A stretch of 64,000 nucleotides of DNA from the human T2T-CHM13v2.0 reference genome, Homo sapiens. The DNA lies in assembly GCF_009914755.1 (NCBI RefSeq), contig NC_060928.1. The stretch is one strand, 5' to 3'. The notes below the pieces were generated by a model. It worked only from the letters and a program-made list of their open reading frames with translations, had not been told where the DNA came from and searched no databases. How positions within the stretch are numbered: the stretch's first letter is position 1; the number at the start of each line of letters is the position of its first letter. Positions 45,748-61,400 of the stretch are shown piece by piece. The position numbers and the translations under genes were made by a program.

Positions 45748-46437
45748 CAGAAATGCATTTTTAAAAGCCAATCTTTCCCTTCTGGATGAACATCAATGAA
45801 CTCATAAAATTAGTTTCCATCCTGTGATTACCATCAAGTATTTTGTCTTTTAATGGTAATATTATTTTTATGAATCAGATTCCTTTGACTAATTTACTAA
45901 AATTTTGAGGTTTTAAATAAGCATAAACCCACTTAAGGACCAATGAAAATTAATTTTATTTTCCCCTTATTGATAGGTCAAATTCTTTTATGTAATAGGT
46001 CCTCATTAAATGCAGTTTATCTAGGGAAAAATGCAATGATAAAGAATAACCCCAGATTATTTAATAGTAGGCTCTTTACTTAACAATATGGAATAGAACA
46101 TTGTACGTGTCCCAGTAATAAACTAATAACAGTGATTTCTTATGGAATTAGATCTACTATCAGAAAACAGGCTTTTTTAAAAAAACAGTCTTCTATATAT
46201 CCAAATAACATAATTTAATTTAAATTTGCTTTTATTCTCCAGTGAAAAATTTTCAATGTTTTAAATCCTAAACTACTGCTGATATTAATAGATCATAATA
46301 ACATCTTTGTGAAGTTCTGCAGTTACTGTTATCAGACTTATTTTCTGAGTACTTTTTATGCAGTTATCAGAAACATGATTTTGGAAATGTTGTTTTAGTC
46401 AATAAGTAACAAGATCAAATAAAATATTTTTTGGTCC

Positions 46438-46900
46438 CTTTTGTACTGAGGTAAAATACACAGACACAAAGTTCACCATTTTGAAGTGTACAATTCAATA
46501 TAATTGGTGCATTCATGATGTTATATAACCATCACCACTATCTAATTCCAGAACGTTTTCATCATCCCAAAAGAAAATTTTGTATCCATTAAGCAGTCCT
46601 GCCTCAGTTCCTGCCTCCCTAGAGCACCTACCAGTGACTCATCTGCTTTATCTCTAAGGATTTGCCTATCCCGAGTATTTTATATAAAGGGAATCATGCT
46701 ACACACATGCTTTTATGCCTGACTTCTTTAATTTAGCAAAACGTTTTCAAGATTTATCCATGTTGTAGCATGTATCAGTACTTCATTCTTTCTTATGCTT
46801 GAATGTTATTCCATTGTATGGATATACCACATTTTGTTTATTCATTCATCAGGTGATGGACATTTGGTTTGTTTCTACTTTGTGGCTATGATTTTAGCAG
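46438..46900 (-). mobile_element. L1MB 3' region
   Basis: ttcaccattttgaagtgtacaattca...atccatgttgtagcatgtatcagtacttcattc...gatggacatttgg. Confidence 0.88.
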
Positions 46901-47254
46901 TACATTTGGCTTGCTTTTCTAGATAACGTATGTCATGTGATAGGCTTCTTTTCCAAATAAAAATTAAGAAAATAAGAATACAAGATTTGGGGAAAACTGT
47001 TTTCATTCTAAACAGGACCAATACCTTTCCAGTATAGAACTCATCCTTCATATCCAAAGATAAAATGTATATCCTCAATGAACTATGAAACTCACTGTTT
47101 CAAAAACATAATAAAAACATCAGAATTGATAGCCAACTACCTCCTTGACATATTGATTGGGATATCTGGTATACATCTCAAAGTTAATATGCCCCAGACT
47201 GAATTATTTTATTTGCACATCCATATTAAATTTTTCTTTAACCTTCTCCTATAG

Positions 47255-47616
<362 letters not shown>

Positions 47617-47823
47617 TAGCCATTCTTAGCACACTCCTTTCCTCCCTACCAATGTAAAGTCCATCTTCAAATCATATGCAAACAGCTTGACCTCTCCCAC
47701 TTTTCTTTATTATCACTGGCATTGCACTAGACCAAACCACCATTTTACTTGGACTCTTCCTTCTTGCCTTGACCATCTTAAGTTTATTCTCCACCAAAAA
47801 CAGTGGAGGGAATCTCTTAAGAA

Positions 47824-48091
47824 TTTATTTTTATTGATATATTGTAGTTGTATGTATTTTGTGAGTACATGTGATATTTTGATATGTGGATATGACCTGT
47901 AAAGATCAAATCAAGATAATTAGGATATCCATCGCCTCAAACATTTCTCTTTTCTTTGTTTTGACAACATTACAAGTCTTCTCTTCTAAACATCGTAAAT
48001 ATGTAATAAATAATTGTTAACTATAATTTCCCTACTGTCCTATTAAATATTAGAATTTATTTCTTCAATCTAGCAGTATTTTTATACCCAT
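47824..48091 (-). mobile_element. L1MA 3' end
   Basis: gagtacatgtgatattttgata...gatcaaatcaagataattaggatatccatcgcctcaaacattt. Confidence 0.85.
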
Positions 48092-48709
48092 ATGTCACCT
48101 CTTTGTTTCAAATCTTTTAGAGACTTCCTGCTACTATTAAAATAAAAACCCAATCCTCGCTATGACCTATTAGTCTCTGTATGATCTGATCTCAGACTTG
48201 CTCCCCAAATTCACTTCCTGGCTCTCTTTTCATATTGCCCCAGTGAAATCAACCTTTTTCACATCTTATCGGCACCACACTGTTCTAGAACCTTCTCAAA
48301 TGCTGTCTTAATGTGTGTGTGTCCTCCACACACACCTAACCATTCTCCGTTTAACAACGTCCTGCTCATTGTTCAGGCCTCTATTCATACATCATATTCT
48401 CCAAATCACCTTCCAATACAAATCAGGGTGCCCCAACATTAGGGTGTCCTTTGAAATGAACTGAAATAATTTGATTCTTTATGATTCATTATTCTGCATT
48501 GTTTGGGCCTGCTTATTAGTATAACTACTCGGTCCTACATGAGACTGTAAGCCCAGTGGGGATTTTCACAGTAAGAGATAAATATTCTTCGTTTAAGTAG
48601 AAAGTTCATATGGCACTTAAGTCAATGTTATTCTTTGATCTCTAGAATAGTTCATGTAATTAAAATTTTCATAAAATACTAAAATTAGGACTAGTAATTA
48701 AATCAACTT

Positions 48710-48770
48710 TATTTTATCCCTTAAGTTTTATAGATGAAGAACACAAAAGGGTTAGAAAGGTAAGTGATTC
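48710..48770 (-). mobile_element. MIR core fragment
   Basis: ttttatagatgaagaa...agaaaggtaagtgatt. Confidence 0.5.
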
Positions 48771-49058
48771 TGAAATGCAGCAGCTCTAATCATGTTAGGA
48801 AAACATTCGCTCAGTAAAATAAGCCTTTATCTGGAGGAAAAAACCTGAAGAAATGTCAATCCAGATTAAATGAGTGATTCCAATTAAAGCAATTTCAATT
48901 TACACTAGTCAGTTAAGTTTTGATCACTAGCTTCATTTTGCTTTTGTTGTTGTGCCTGATTGCCTTTGATATATTAACTTATAAATAAAATGGATTTAGA
49001 TTGATCTAATATACCTATCATTGATGCAGTGCTCTCTGCAGAGCACATTGTCTAATGA

Positions 49059-49390
<332 letters not shown>

Positions 49391-51249
49391 TCCACTTACT
49401 CTTTACCTCTGAGTTTCCCCTCTAATCATAAACTTTTTCGGCAGTTAATGAGCCAATCCATTGTTTCAGCCATTGCCTTTCAGGACATGAAAGGGTATGC
49501 AGTAAAACGTAAGGACTACTGCTCTTTCACTTCTTCCATTTTATTATTAATGAGTCTAGCGCATTTTCCTGAAATAAAAGCTATCAGTCCTGTTTAAATA
49601 TTCAGTGGGCACATCAGTTCTCCTGAAGATACATACTATTCTTTTCAAAGAAGTTAGAGAGTTTATAGAAAAGATCATGAGCCACAGATGGAATAGCTCT
49701 TGAAAGCCAAGATTCAAAATCTGCCCCATTTTTGGCAGAGTAGAGCTACATATGTTGTGAGAAGGTGACACTCCTGTGGGGGACAGGAAGATGATTTCTC
49801 TATACATGAAAACTGCTTGTAACCTGGCCAAAGAAAATGTGATTGCACTATGTACAGCAAATCTTTGCCAAATTCAGAAACCCCTGACTGGGCAGCTTTA
49901 CCATGAAAACCTCGAGAAATCCTTGATGAATTCTTCGTCTAGTGTTTTAACCAGAAATCCAGCATGTTTTAGAAAACAGATTTTTTTAGAGGAAAGTTTT
50001 TTCACATTTCACTTTTTTTAGGAGACTTTTAATAAAAGTAACTACACACCAATTGTGCACCATCTAATAAAATATGTGGCTGTAGTTATGGCTTCAGCCA
50101 TTGGGCAGTAATGCATTTTAGGAGTTTTATAAACATTTTTTCTCCTGTCTGCATTCCATTACTAGCTAGAAAGTTTGAATTTCCTTAAATATGTTCAGCA
50201 GACACAGGATTGTCACCCATGAATTCAGAGTTATAATGCGGATGTTGAGTGGGTGGTTTCACTCTAGAACATCCCAAGGCCTCCAGGTTTCTGGCACTGG
50301 GAGAAACTATAAATTCTTTATATAGAAGATGTCTTAGATGCCACATATTTCAGATACCTACACTGAAAAATCAGGTTGCCTGCTTGGGAGATTCAAGCAG
50401 ATAACATATTTTTCAGAGATTTAGAGGCTGCTGCATTTAGTTTAGCATTTATCAAAACAGATAGTAGTTCACCCCTAAAACTGAGGAGAAAACACAACAA
50501 AATTGGAACTTCTATTAAGAACAATATGGTTCATGTTTATCTAGAAAGGGGAAGAATTTGTTTTAATTACCTCTGATTTTGAATTACTACTTAATTACAA
50601 CATGATGATGCTCAATTTGACAACTAAAATTCTAAGAAAAAGCTTTCACCTGATTAAGATAGGGAAATTATATGAAATGTTCCAAGGGATTTTTTTAAAA
50701 CTCTAGTTTTAGACTGTGAATATTGTATAAGAGAGTGCGAAGCATTCTAAGAAGGAAATATATCAGTTTTGTGTCACTGATTAGACAGATTATGCCATCT
50801 ACATTTCTTTCACTGAAAGAATAAATTCTTTCCATAGAAGATGTCTTGGATGCCATTTATTGCAAATACGGGAAAATGACGTAGCTTGTTGGGGAGATTC
50901 AAGGTGTTTCTTGGGAGCTTAGGGATTGTTAGAGCAAACAGAAAAGAGAATAAAAACTAAAAAATTAATAATAATTCAGTATAGTGACTAACTCAAGCAA
51001 GATGAGGAGAAATAGTGAAGGTTAAGTTAAAAAAAGGAAAAAATGATGCATTGCCTAGAAAGTTCATTTGCTCCTTATAAGAGTAGTTTATGCATTTTTA
51101 GTTTTTATTATATAATAGGCTATACTTCACATGTATCACCAAAGTTGAATTGAACTATCTGGCACTATGTATCATTCTGAACATAAATATTTAAAGATAA
51201 ATATAGACATTAATGTGTAGTGCAAGATTAGAAAATAAGGTACTATCCT

Positions 51250-51547
<298 letters not shown>

Positions 51548-51624
51548 AGGTACTATCTGAAACTTAGTTTTTAGGAATATCTATTTTCACCCTCAATAAT
51601 AAAATGTCAATTGAAAGGTAGTTT

Positions 51625-51810
51625 ATTAACCATGGTTGCATATTAGTTCAAACAACCTTGGGTTTAAATCTTGACTTTTCAATGAAAGATTTCAAATGAG
51701 TAGCAATGTGAATATGGATAAACCACATAATCTTTCTAAGCCCCATTGAGAAAACAGGCCTAATTTACCTTACTCTATATTATTAAATGAAAAAAATGCC
51801 CAGAAACAAT
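51625..51810 (+). mobile_element. MIR
   Basis: tgggtttaaatcttgact...aatctttctaagcccca...attaaatga. Confidence 0.45.
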
Positions 51811-52436
51811 TCTAGGATGTATAATTGATTTAAACACAAAGGCCTATCTGGGTTTGAAGTTGGGAGAAAATGAGGAATCAGATTAGCAAATACTTTGTGC
51901 AAAATATCCAGGTGAGTTCAGGGAAACAAATCAATGGACCTTTTTGCCCAGGGCCCCCCTGTGACTCATATGTGCTCCATGGTCACTGATCCAAACACCC
52001 CCGAATGAGGTCTCTGCCAGGCTTAGGAACCCAGGGTTGTATGCCAGCCAACTTTTACACCATTAGATTGCGAGAGGAGCCAGAATGATACTCAAGAGTC
52101 TACTATCTACCAAATAAATGATATATTCCCACATCTTATTTCTTTCTGTCTATGTCTTACTACCCTCACAGTAAATGCTAAACTTGCCTGCTAACTGCTT
52201 TCATTCCATTATATATTTCTTAGCTTTTGTTCCATTGGAAAAGTTAATGTCCAGAAAATATTAAAACATGGAATAAAGTTAAGACTAATCATAGATAGTC
52301 TCAATTGATTAGCAGTCTCATCAAATGGCTAAATTCTATTCCTATGTGACATTCCACTAAAATATTCAGGAAGTAGAATAGCAAGGTGAATAATATCATT
52401 ATTTTTGCACGTTTGACCTATTATAATGACTTTTAG

Positions 52437-52777
<341 letters not shown>

Positions 52778-52789
52778 TAACAGCTCTGT

Positions 52790-53290
52790 GGCTGCCAGGC
52801 TGGCTCACCTTTAATCTCTTAGCTCTTAATTACATCTCTTGTCAGCCAGAATGACATTTCCAAAATGCTAACTTTACCATATAATTCGTGTTAGTAATAC
52901 ATTTTCAGAGAGGCTTTTTATGCCTCAGAATGAATTTCAGGCTTATAACTTCCATTTTGATCTGCCCGTTGCTTGACTGTCCAGCCTTCTCTCTCACACT
53001 TTCTTCTGTTTGTTCTACTTCAAGTTATCTTCCTTCAGCATTGCACATGTGCTATATTTGTGCAACTTTCCTTTTCAAAATTTTCCCATGTGGGTCCAGT
53101 CTCTGAAGACTGAATTCCAACATCCCTGCCAGCCCTGATCTTGCTGCCTCATGGATGACCTCACTGTGCAATTTCCTCAGCAGCATCTCTAACATCTTTC
53201 TACTGGTTAATCGGCCATAATATCCAGATATACTTCGATGGTACCTGTGTGGACTGTTTTTACTATCTCTACACAGGCTTCCCAGAAGAG
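52790..53290 (+). mobile_element. L2 fragment
   Basis: cagccagaatgacatttccaaaatgc...ctcagaatgaatt...ttgcacatgtgct. Confidence 0.5.
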
Positions 53291-53726
53291 ATCACTCACA
53301 ACAACCTAGCCGATTTCTGCCAACATGATTACTTCATCCTCGGTGCATCCCTTATTTACTGGTATTAATCTGAGAGCGGCTTCCTGCACCTTCTGAGAAT
53401 AAAACAGATAACAAGAAAAGTACTTATTGAAAATATCAAGGTTTTTGAAGTTACCTGTCACAAATATGTAATGCCTCTTCGTTCCTCTGTATGTCTGTAG
53501 CGGGAAGAATGGGGTATTTTAGGAAATATTTTCTCTATCCTAACCTATCTCACCTTCATTATGGCCACAGTGTCCTAGCTCCTGCTTCCTTGTTTTTTTG
53601 CCCATTACCAACCCTGCAATATGAACATATAATCTCTGGCACATTCTAATTGGATTTTGTCACTCCCACTGCTTCAGCTGTTTTAGTGCGTTCCATGCTT
53701 TCACTTTCAGTTTTAAGAATTTTCAT

Positions 53727-54004
53727 GGCCAGGCGCGGTGGCTGTTGCCTGTAATCCCAGGACTTTTGGGAGGCCGAGACAGGGGGATCATGAGGTCAAG
53801 AGATTGAGACCTTCCTGGCCAACATGGCGAAACCCTGTCTCTACTAAAAATACAAAAATTAGCCAGGCATGGTGGCACTCGCCTGTGTCCCAGCTACTGA
53901 GGAGGCTGAGGCGGGAGAATCACTTGAACCTGGGAGGCAGAGGCTGCATTGCACTCCAGCCTGGGCGACAGAGTGAGACTCTGTCTCAAAAAAAAAAAAA
54001 AAAA
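53727..54004 (+). mobile_element. AluSc-like with ~20 nt right-arm deletion
   Basis: gaggtcaagagattgagacc; TSD aagaattttcat. Confidence 0.93.
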
Positions 54005-54149
54005 AAGAATTTTCATAAACATTATATTTGATGTTTAGAAGACGTAAAACAGAATAAAAGCATAAAAAATCCAGTTAAGATCCAAATAAAATTCAGATAA
54101 AACAAAAGTAAAATGCCAATGATTACCTCACAACTAGCCAGATAGATGG

Positions 54150-54260
54150 CTCATTTTATTTATTCATTAATTCAGAAATGTTTATTACTGCATCAGGCAT
54201 GGAGCGAGCAAATGATGTGCAATGGGTGGTGAACAAAGCAGGCAGGATCCCTGCTTTTAT
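54150..54260 (-). mobile_element. L2 3' end
   Basis: attcattaattcagaaatgtttatt...ggtgaacaaagcaggcaggatccctgct. Confidence 0.6.
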
Positions 54261-57200
54261 TCTTCTCAATCAATGGGCTGCTTTGCCTTGCCATAGTCTG
54301 ATCAAATCCACTGACTAAATCTCTGTGAAAACCATACCTTCCTTGCTTTAGTATAGAATTTTATTTTGCTTGTCAGTAATCTGAATTAATTTTTCTTGAT
54401 ACGAGAGGCCAACAGACTTATTTCTGACCCTTGGTCCTGTCATTTTCTCCTGTGCATTTCTAGGAATTGCCCCTTCCATCATTCTCCTGCTCAGTGCGCA
54501 TTTGCTGATCCTCCCAGGTCAGTCACAAGGGGAAGGATAAGGGTATCTTAGGAATGTTTCCTACACACCTTCTTATTGTAAATAGATTTATTCTGTCCCA
54601 CAAACACCTTAATATGAGGCCAGTCTATCTGTCAATCACAATTTATTATCAGTAATTTCAAATAGGATACTGCTCCTATTTTTATCCTCCAGTAAATAGC
54701 ATTTTGAAATTGGAAAGAGAATGAATCCCGAGAACATGCCACTTTGAAAGAGGCTTTGGTTAGAGTAAAAGCCTCAGGAAAGGCTGAAGTCCTAGGGGGT
54801 TAGGAGGATGAAGAGCAATGTGAGAGAAGAATGTCGCATGCTTGCAAGAGTGTATCACTGACAAAGAGCTCTGTCGCATCCTATGTTACCAGTGTTTCAT
54901 CCAGAAATGTCACAAATAGATCACAGAAGAAGGAGCTTGAGACTACCCCAATTTTCACATTATCCCTTTTTAGACTGGGAAACCTTCCTTCCTGTCATTC
55001 TGCTGAGTTTTGAGCCTCAGGTCTTCCTAACTGGCTTCTATCCACTCCCTCTGGAGGAAAGAGGAAAAAAAAATTAAAAGGAAAGGCAGAGACATCACAC
55101 TGAACACTCTAGTCTCACTTTCCACATTCTCTTGGGTTCAGCATCCATCTTCCTTGTCTCTATTTATTACAATCATCCATGGGCTTCCATACTTTTTCTA
55201 CCTACATTTTTTACACCAAAATACAAAGAGAGACAGAGAGAGAAAGATACTCATTACAGAGTAAAAACCTTAATCATCTAGTATTTAGAAATCAAATGGA
55301 AGCAGGGCAAGTCCAATCAATATAAAGTAACATGCTTAAAACCCAAAGCATTTAAAATTTCCTCTGGACCCCCTTGGTCAATAATTCACCTTAGGTCTTG
55401 GCCAGGGCCATTGGAATAAATCAGCATACTAAAAGCCTTTTATGATTATTTAATTAACCAATCCCTTTCAATTTGTGTAATCTTCATTTTGAAAAACCTC
55501 ATCCAATGATGTTTTGGTGGTGATTCCTTCTACCCTTATAAATATCCAACATCAGTTTACATAAGTTTCCCAGCCTAATGTTGACAGGCTGCAGTGCATA
55601 TTAAAAAACAGTTGAATGGTTTTTCAGAAGAACAATTTTCTATATGTGAGGCTTCTTAATTACTAAAATCACATTGACCTGTCATGGAGTAAGATCGGCA
55701 TATGCCATTCAGGATTCAGTGGAGAAAAATCTCTATTCTTATATACTCAAAGCCTTAAACGATCACATGCTTAGCTCTGAAATTATTTCCAGAATTCACT
55801 GTTGCATCTTTACAGTAAAAACAGAAAATAAGAAAACCTAATTGGCATAGATTGGTTGAAATTGAAAAAGAAATAAAATCTCAACATTCAAACTTAAAGA
55901 AATATCTCAATCAGAGCTAAAAAAGGATGATTCTCAAGATAAATATTGATTTTCTATTTATCAAACTCTTTAAAAATAATAAGAATAATGCTAAATAATA
56001 CTACTTTGATACAAAATGACATGTATATATTAGCACACTTGTGAGAGAAAGTAATGAAATTTTATTTGTATTCTTTAGTAAATAACAGAAGCACAATTAT
56101 ATGTTAACAATTTGAATGGGGAGAGAAAAGGATTGGCTATCACTGTACATAAAACCTGTATACCTCAGAGTCCTGCACAGTTTCCATAGAAACACAGCAA
56201 TAGCTAGTGTAGAAGCTATAGGCATCTCCAGACAAAAGGCTTGCCCGAGCTCTCATTTCAGTATATGCAAAGTCTTAAGAACAAAGACTGTTTTTAAAAA
56301 TAGAAAGGAAAATTTTCAATACACAAATTGTCAAACCAAAATGATATACCATTTCATAAATATTAAAAAATACATCCTTCCAAATAAATTAAATGGAAGA
56401 GTAAATAAAATTCTATTTCATTAATCAACATATCAAATTCATAAAACCCAGTTCTATCAAGTTTTTTTACCCAAGACAGCTTGAGATTCATCAGGAAAAT
56501 TCAAAATCCCAGTTCTCTAGTGTCCATTAAGGTCAATCAAGTTTCATAGACCACTGTTCTGTTAATATTGCTGTTTTTACCTTAGATGTTTGTTCAGTAA
56601 AAGTATGAAGTGTCTATCAAGTCCAGTGATACTTTAATGTGTATCAAGTCCAGTGGAAGGAAATTTGTATTTGAATTTATTTTTTGTTTCTTTCTTCCGA
56701 ACCAAAGGTCTCTAAAATGCTCAGTAATTAACTCTTGGATTAATAACATCATATCTAATGTAACTCATCCTGCTAATTATTTAAAAACATTAATAAGCAT
56801 ATTAATCTTATTTGTATAAAATCTAAATCCTTCAAATACTGTAAGTCATTAGATTCCTCTCCCCTCTAATCTTTAATACTAACGTTGAAGTATGAGGATA
56901 TTAATTTAACTCAGTAAAATAATAAAACAATCAAACTCACCTCTGTTTTACAAAAAACTTCCAATATTTTATTTTGGCATAGAATCCAACAATACATACA
57001 TTCTTAAGAGAAACTAAAAACAATCAGCCACTGAGTTTATTAGATAAAATAAGTCATGAATTTCACAAATATTTTATTCAATGAAGAGTCTTGTATATAA
57101 TGGTAAGATCCTTGTCACAATTGAACAACAGAGCAAAGAATACATGTTAATGTCAACATTACATCATTAAACTACAATTAATCAGTTAAAAACTCAGTCA

Positions 57201-59569
57201 TGGCTGTCTAATGAAGGACATTTTTCCTGGGAAAGCTTAACAAATCACTATAAAAACTTATGCAAAACAGTTATTTTCTATCTCTCAGTTCATAATACTG
57301 ATGCTATATAAAAAAATTCTTAAACATTTTGTGTGTCCATTCATTGTTTTTAAAGAATTTCCATAAAATAATTTTTGTTTCTAAATAAACCAGACGATCC
57401 CAAAATTTTGACCAAAATATTAGTCAATATGGATGTACAATAATATCAGGATATAAGGTGAACAGATGTATGTAGTGCTAACATTTTTATTTTTAGTGTG
57501 TAAAATCTACCATGGCTTAGAAGGTTCACAACCATATCAGTGTAAATTTAGGCAGAAATCTTTGGAAGTATTTAGAATTGCTCTAGAACACTGCAAGGCT
57601 ATATAGAAGAAGCATCTCCAAAATGTTTGCAGTTGAGAGCAATATCTCCGTATCAAATAAACAATTTTAACCTAATAAAATTTCAGAAAATTAAAAAATC
57701 TAGACTCAGTCCGGTATAAAACACAGATCTGATGAAGATCCCAGATATTTTGTAGTGCTGAAAGACGCAAATGGGAAAGGACAAAGTGTTTTCTCTGTTT
57801 TGAAGATATAAAAAGAACGTTTCTATAGTGGTGTTTCTCCAAAGTCATGCCCAACAAAATGGATGTGAGGAATGTTGTTTAGCATATATATTCAGAATTT
57901 CACTAAAAACCCTAGATTTTTCCATTAACTCAAATGTTGTTTCATTCTGCTAATAATTTTTAATCCTTACCTATCCACTATTAGTTATTTTGCATTTCAA
58001 AATCAAGTAAAAAAAAATGGCAAATTTGATGGAGCAGAAGGGAAAAATGGCAGCTTCCTTCCAAATGCCTTGCTTTCATATTCCCTTAAAGGACTACCTA
58101 TTAATTGTCAAAACCATTAAAAGGAAGAAATCAGGAAAATTTCTGGTGGTATAAACAAGTCCACAAATTAATATAAAGCAAGTCATATAAATATACTCCA
58201 AAAATAGTCTACTCTTTTCAGATAAGCCAATTAAATGTTTATTACAGCAGAGCCATTTTTCTCTACCACCTTGAATCAACATGCTGCGGAAATCCAAGTT
58301 ATAATCTATAAATCAGCCCAATGGAATGAAAGCACAAAAGGGGAGGTTATATTTTATTCTGTGTTGACTAGAATATGAAACAGGAAACCTTGAGAAAAAA
58401 AATAAAAATTTCAAAAGACACTAAATTCTGGAAAACCTTCGATTATAAAAAGCCAAGGACACAATATACCTGACATCACTATTAATTTGTGGTGTGAGAA
58501 TTTCCATAAAAATTGCAAGAACTTGAAACCAGATTTTTTTAAAGGGACAATAAAAGAGATAACACATCGATGAGCAAAGACTTTTTCAAAAAGAGATCTA
58601 TGGCAAGACCCTTAATAAAACTTTCTTAGAGAAAAATTTCAATTCAATATTATACTGAGTCTATCCTAAATGTCTCCCATTTTTAACTGACTTACCCCCT
58701 GTGTTAAGTCAATTTATATGTAAATTCTATGGAAAATTAGGTTAATGTGCCTTTTTCATGTAACTGACAGTAAGAGCAAATGCATCTTGCCACTTGGCTT
58801 CCAAACAAAGGCCTGGCCACAACCTTGACGTGAGGAACGGAATCAGGAAGGAGGGACAGAAGCTCACACTGAAAGAGCAAACTGTGCTGATTCATGATGT
58901 CAAAACTCGAGCTGCTGCCAAAAAAGTCAGGTGTGCAAGGGATCTCTGAGCATATTTTAACTTGTTCAGTCTCTAATATATTCAACCATTGATCTTGGAA
59001 GCATGACAAGGGTTAGCAACAACGAAGAAGCTGCCCCGGGAAATCAGTTTCATGAACAGGCAAAGTAAGAATCCCTACTTAAATAATATTTAGTTTCATA
59101 CGTTTTTCCTAGCGACGTTTTAATGTCCCTACTAAATGTTATTATTCAATTTCACACTTACACATTATTTATCGAACCCCCACCATGATTTTTGAAACAC
59201 CCTGTTACACTTTAATATATACAAAGGAAGAGGTATATAAAATAAGTGGAGTTCCTGGGAACAAAGGGAAAATAAATTCATATACATTGAAATGACGAAA
59301 CCAATAGTGAGGTAAGTCTCCAAATCTCATAGTGTCAAGGCCTACGTATGCAAATCAAAGTCCAACAGCAAGCCCTGTATAAAGAAAATACAATCTTTGC
59401 AAAAAGCAAAGAAACAAACATTTTATACACACATGGGTGTGTGCACGTATTTTAATAACAGACATTTATAAATTCCAAATTTAATTTTAGACCATTGAAA
59501 TAATTATTAAGGATGCATGTGTAAAGGAAGATTGTAGTAGGGAAGATAGTAAATGCAAGATAGTGAGGT

Positions 59570-59765
59570 ATACTGTTGTTATGCAAACGTATATAGGCTT
59601 TGGAGGAGAATAATTTGGTGTTTTGAATCCCAGTTCTGGCAATAACTAGCTATAGGACCATTGTGAGTAAGGTCCTGACATATTAACTAGAGATAATAAA
59701 GATCATAGGTTTTATTTACTGTCTTCATGAAAAATAGCACTCAGCCTTTCAGAACCTTGGCACAC
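59570..59765 (+). mobile_element. MIR
   Basis: ataggctttggag...tttgaatcccagttctggcaataactagctataggacc. Confidence 0.65.
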
Positions 59766-60787
59766 CTGTTTATTATTATCTATTTATTATTATTATAATA
59801 CAGAGTAGACAGTAAAAAAATTACATATCTTAGTCCTTATCCTATTGTAAGGTACTCAACAAATGGTAGAATATTTTTAATATTAATTTATACTAAACAT
59901 GCAGTTATCTCTTCATATAACATGTAATTGTGAGATAGAGAACATTCTCTTCTTTATTAACTTAGTAAAAAAAAGATAAAAATATTCTCTACAAGAGTCC
60001 ACAAATGAATGTGTTATATCTACTTATAAGATATGGGATTAGCCTTTATATTTTATAATTAGTAATGCAGTTGATTTTTAACTAGAAAATATCAAAACAC
60101 ACCAAATCCTAAACATAATTAATTTACTAACAGGATATTAAATTAGCATAAATGAATTTGAGAAACTATAATTTTCAAACTTCTCTTCAATGTTATTAGA
60201 AATCAACAATGTGCCCAATATGTTATCTATAGGTTATGAAGACCATAGGAATTTATTCAATTGTAAAAAATAACTAATAAAAAATTTTTTTAATCCCTCA
60301 GATTATATGATAGGAATTATTTTTCTTTGATAACATTTACATATCAAACCATAAAGAACAGTTTGACATTTAAAGTAATGTTTTTAATTAGTCCACTTGC
60401 TATTCATAGAGCAGAAACTCTGCAAACTACTTTTTTAGAATTTATCACTCATTTATTTCACAGCATAATGGAGCACAGATTTGCATGTAATCTGCTTACC
60501 TTTCACCATTTCCCAACTCCGACTCTCTACAATGCTTATTAAAAAATACCAGAGTAGAACTTGAAGACCACTACGTTGGGCCCACCAGAATTCTGTTTTC
60601 TTATGGGATTAATGTTTTCTGTGGGAAAAATTATCCTAAGGAAGGCCGAAGCATTTAGATTTAGGCTACAAATATTAGACTGATATTAATAGAGTTGGGT
60701 ACTACTATTTAAAATTCAAGTTTGGTTTCTGTCACTGGCATTCATCTAATAGCCCAGGTCCATGATGACAAAGAAAACTCTGTAGGG

Positions 60788-61176
<389 letters not shown>

Positions 61177-61239
61177 CTATGACATAGATGACTATAATTA
61201 CCTAATGACTTTATCTCCTTAATAACATGTATATCTACT

Positions 61240-61400
61240 AAATATATAAAATAACATTATTATATACAATAAAACATTACATATTATGTAATTGTAATAT
61301 ATGGATATATCAATAATATAATCACATATTGATAGCTTGTGAATTACTATATAATTATACATATAAGTATAATACATAAGTATATATATCAATTATACAG
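61240..61400. repeat. AT-rich low-complexity tract
   Basis: Very low GC, repeated atat/aatt. Confidence 0.6.

Noticed and set aside
48734-48759. 26 nt pseudo-exon (tatag|...AAG|gtaagt) in an antisense MIR
   Set aside because: Splice-like signals are intrinsic to the MIR core; no evidence of use.
54300-55200. Possible ancient LTR-like sequence (also 63400-63870)
   Set aside because: Higher GC, but no termini, TSD or consensus I can recognise; left unannotated.
56611-56655. 18 bp near-exact direct repeat with 27 bp period
   Set aside because: Ordinary small old duplication.
56941-57002. Minus-strand 62 nt segment with a GAG|gtgagt donor (other donors near 38110, 58694, 60498)
   Set aside because: Isolated splice-site matches with unrecognisable or closed frames; their abundance shows how easily pseudo-exons arise here.
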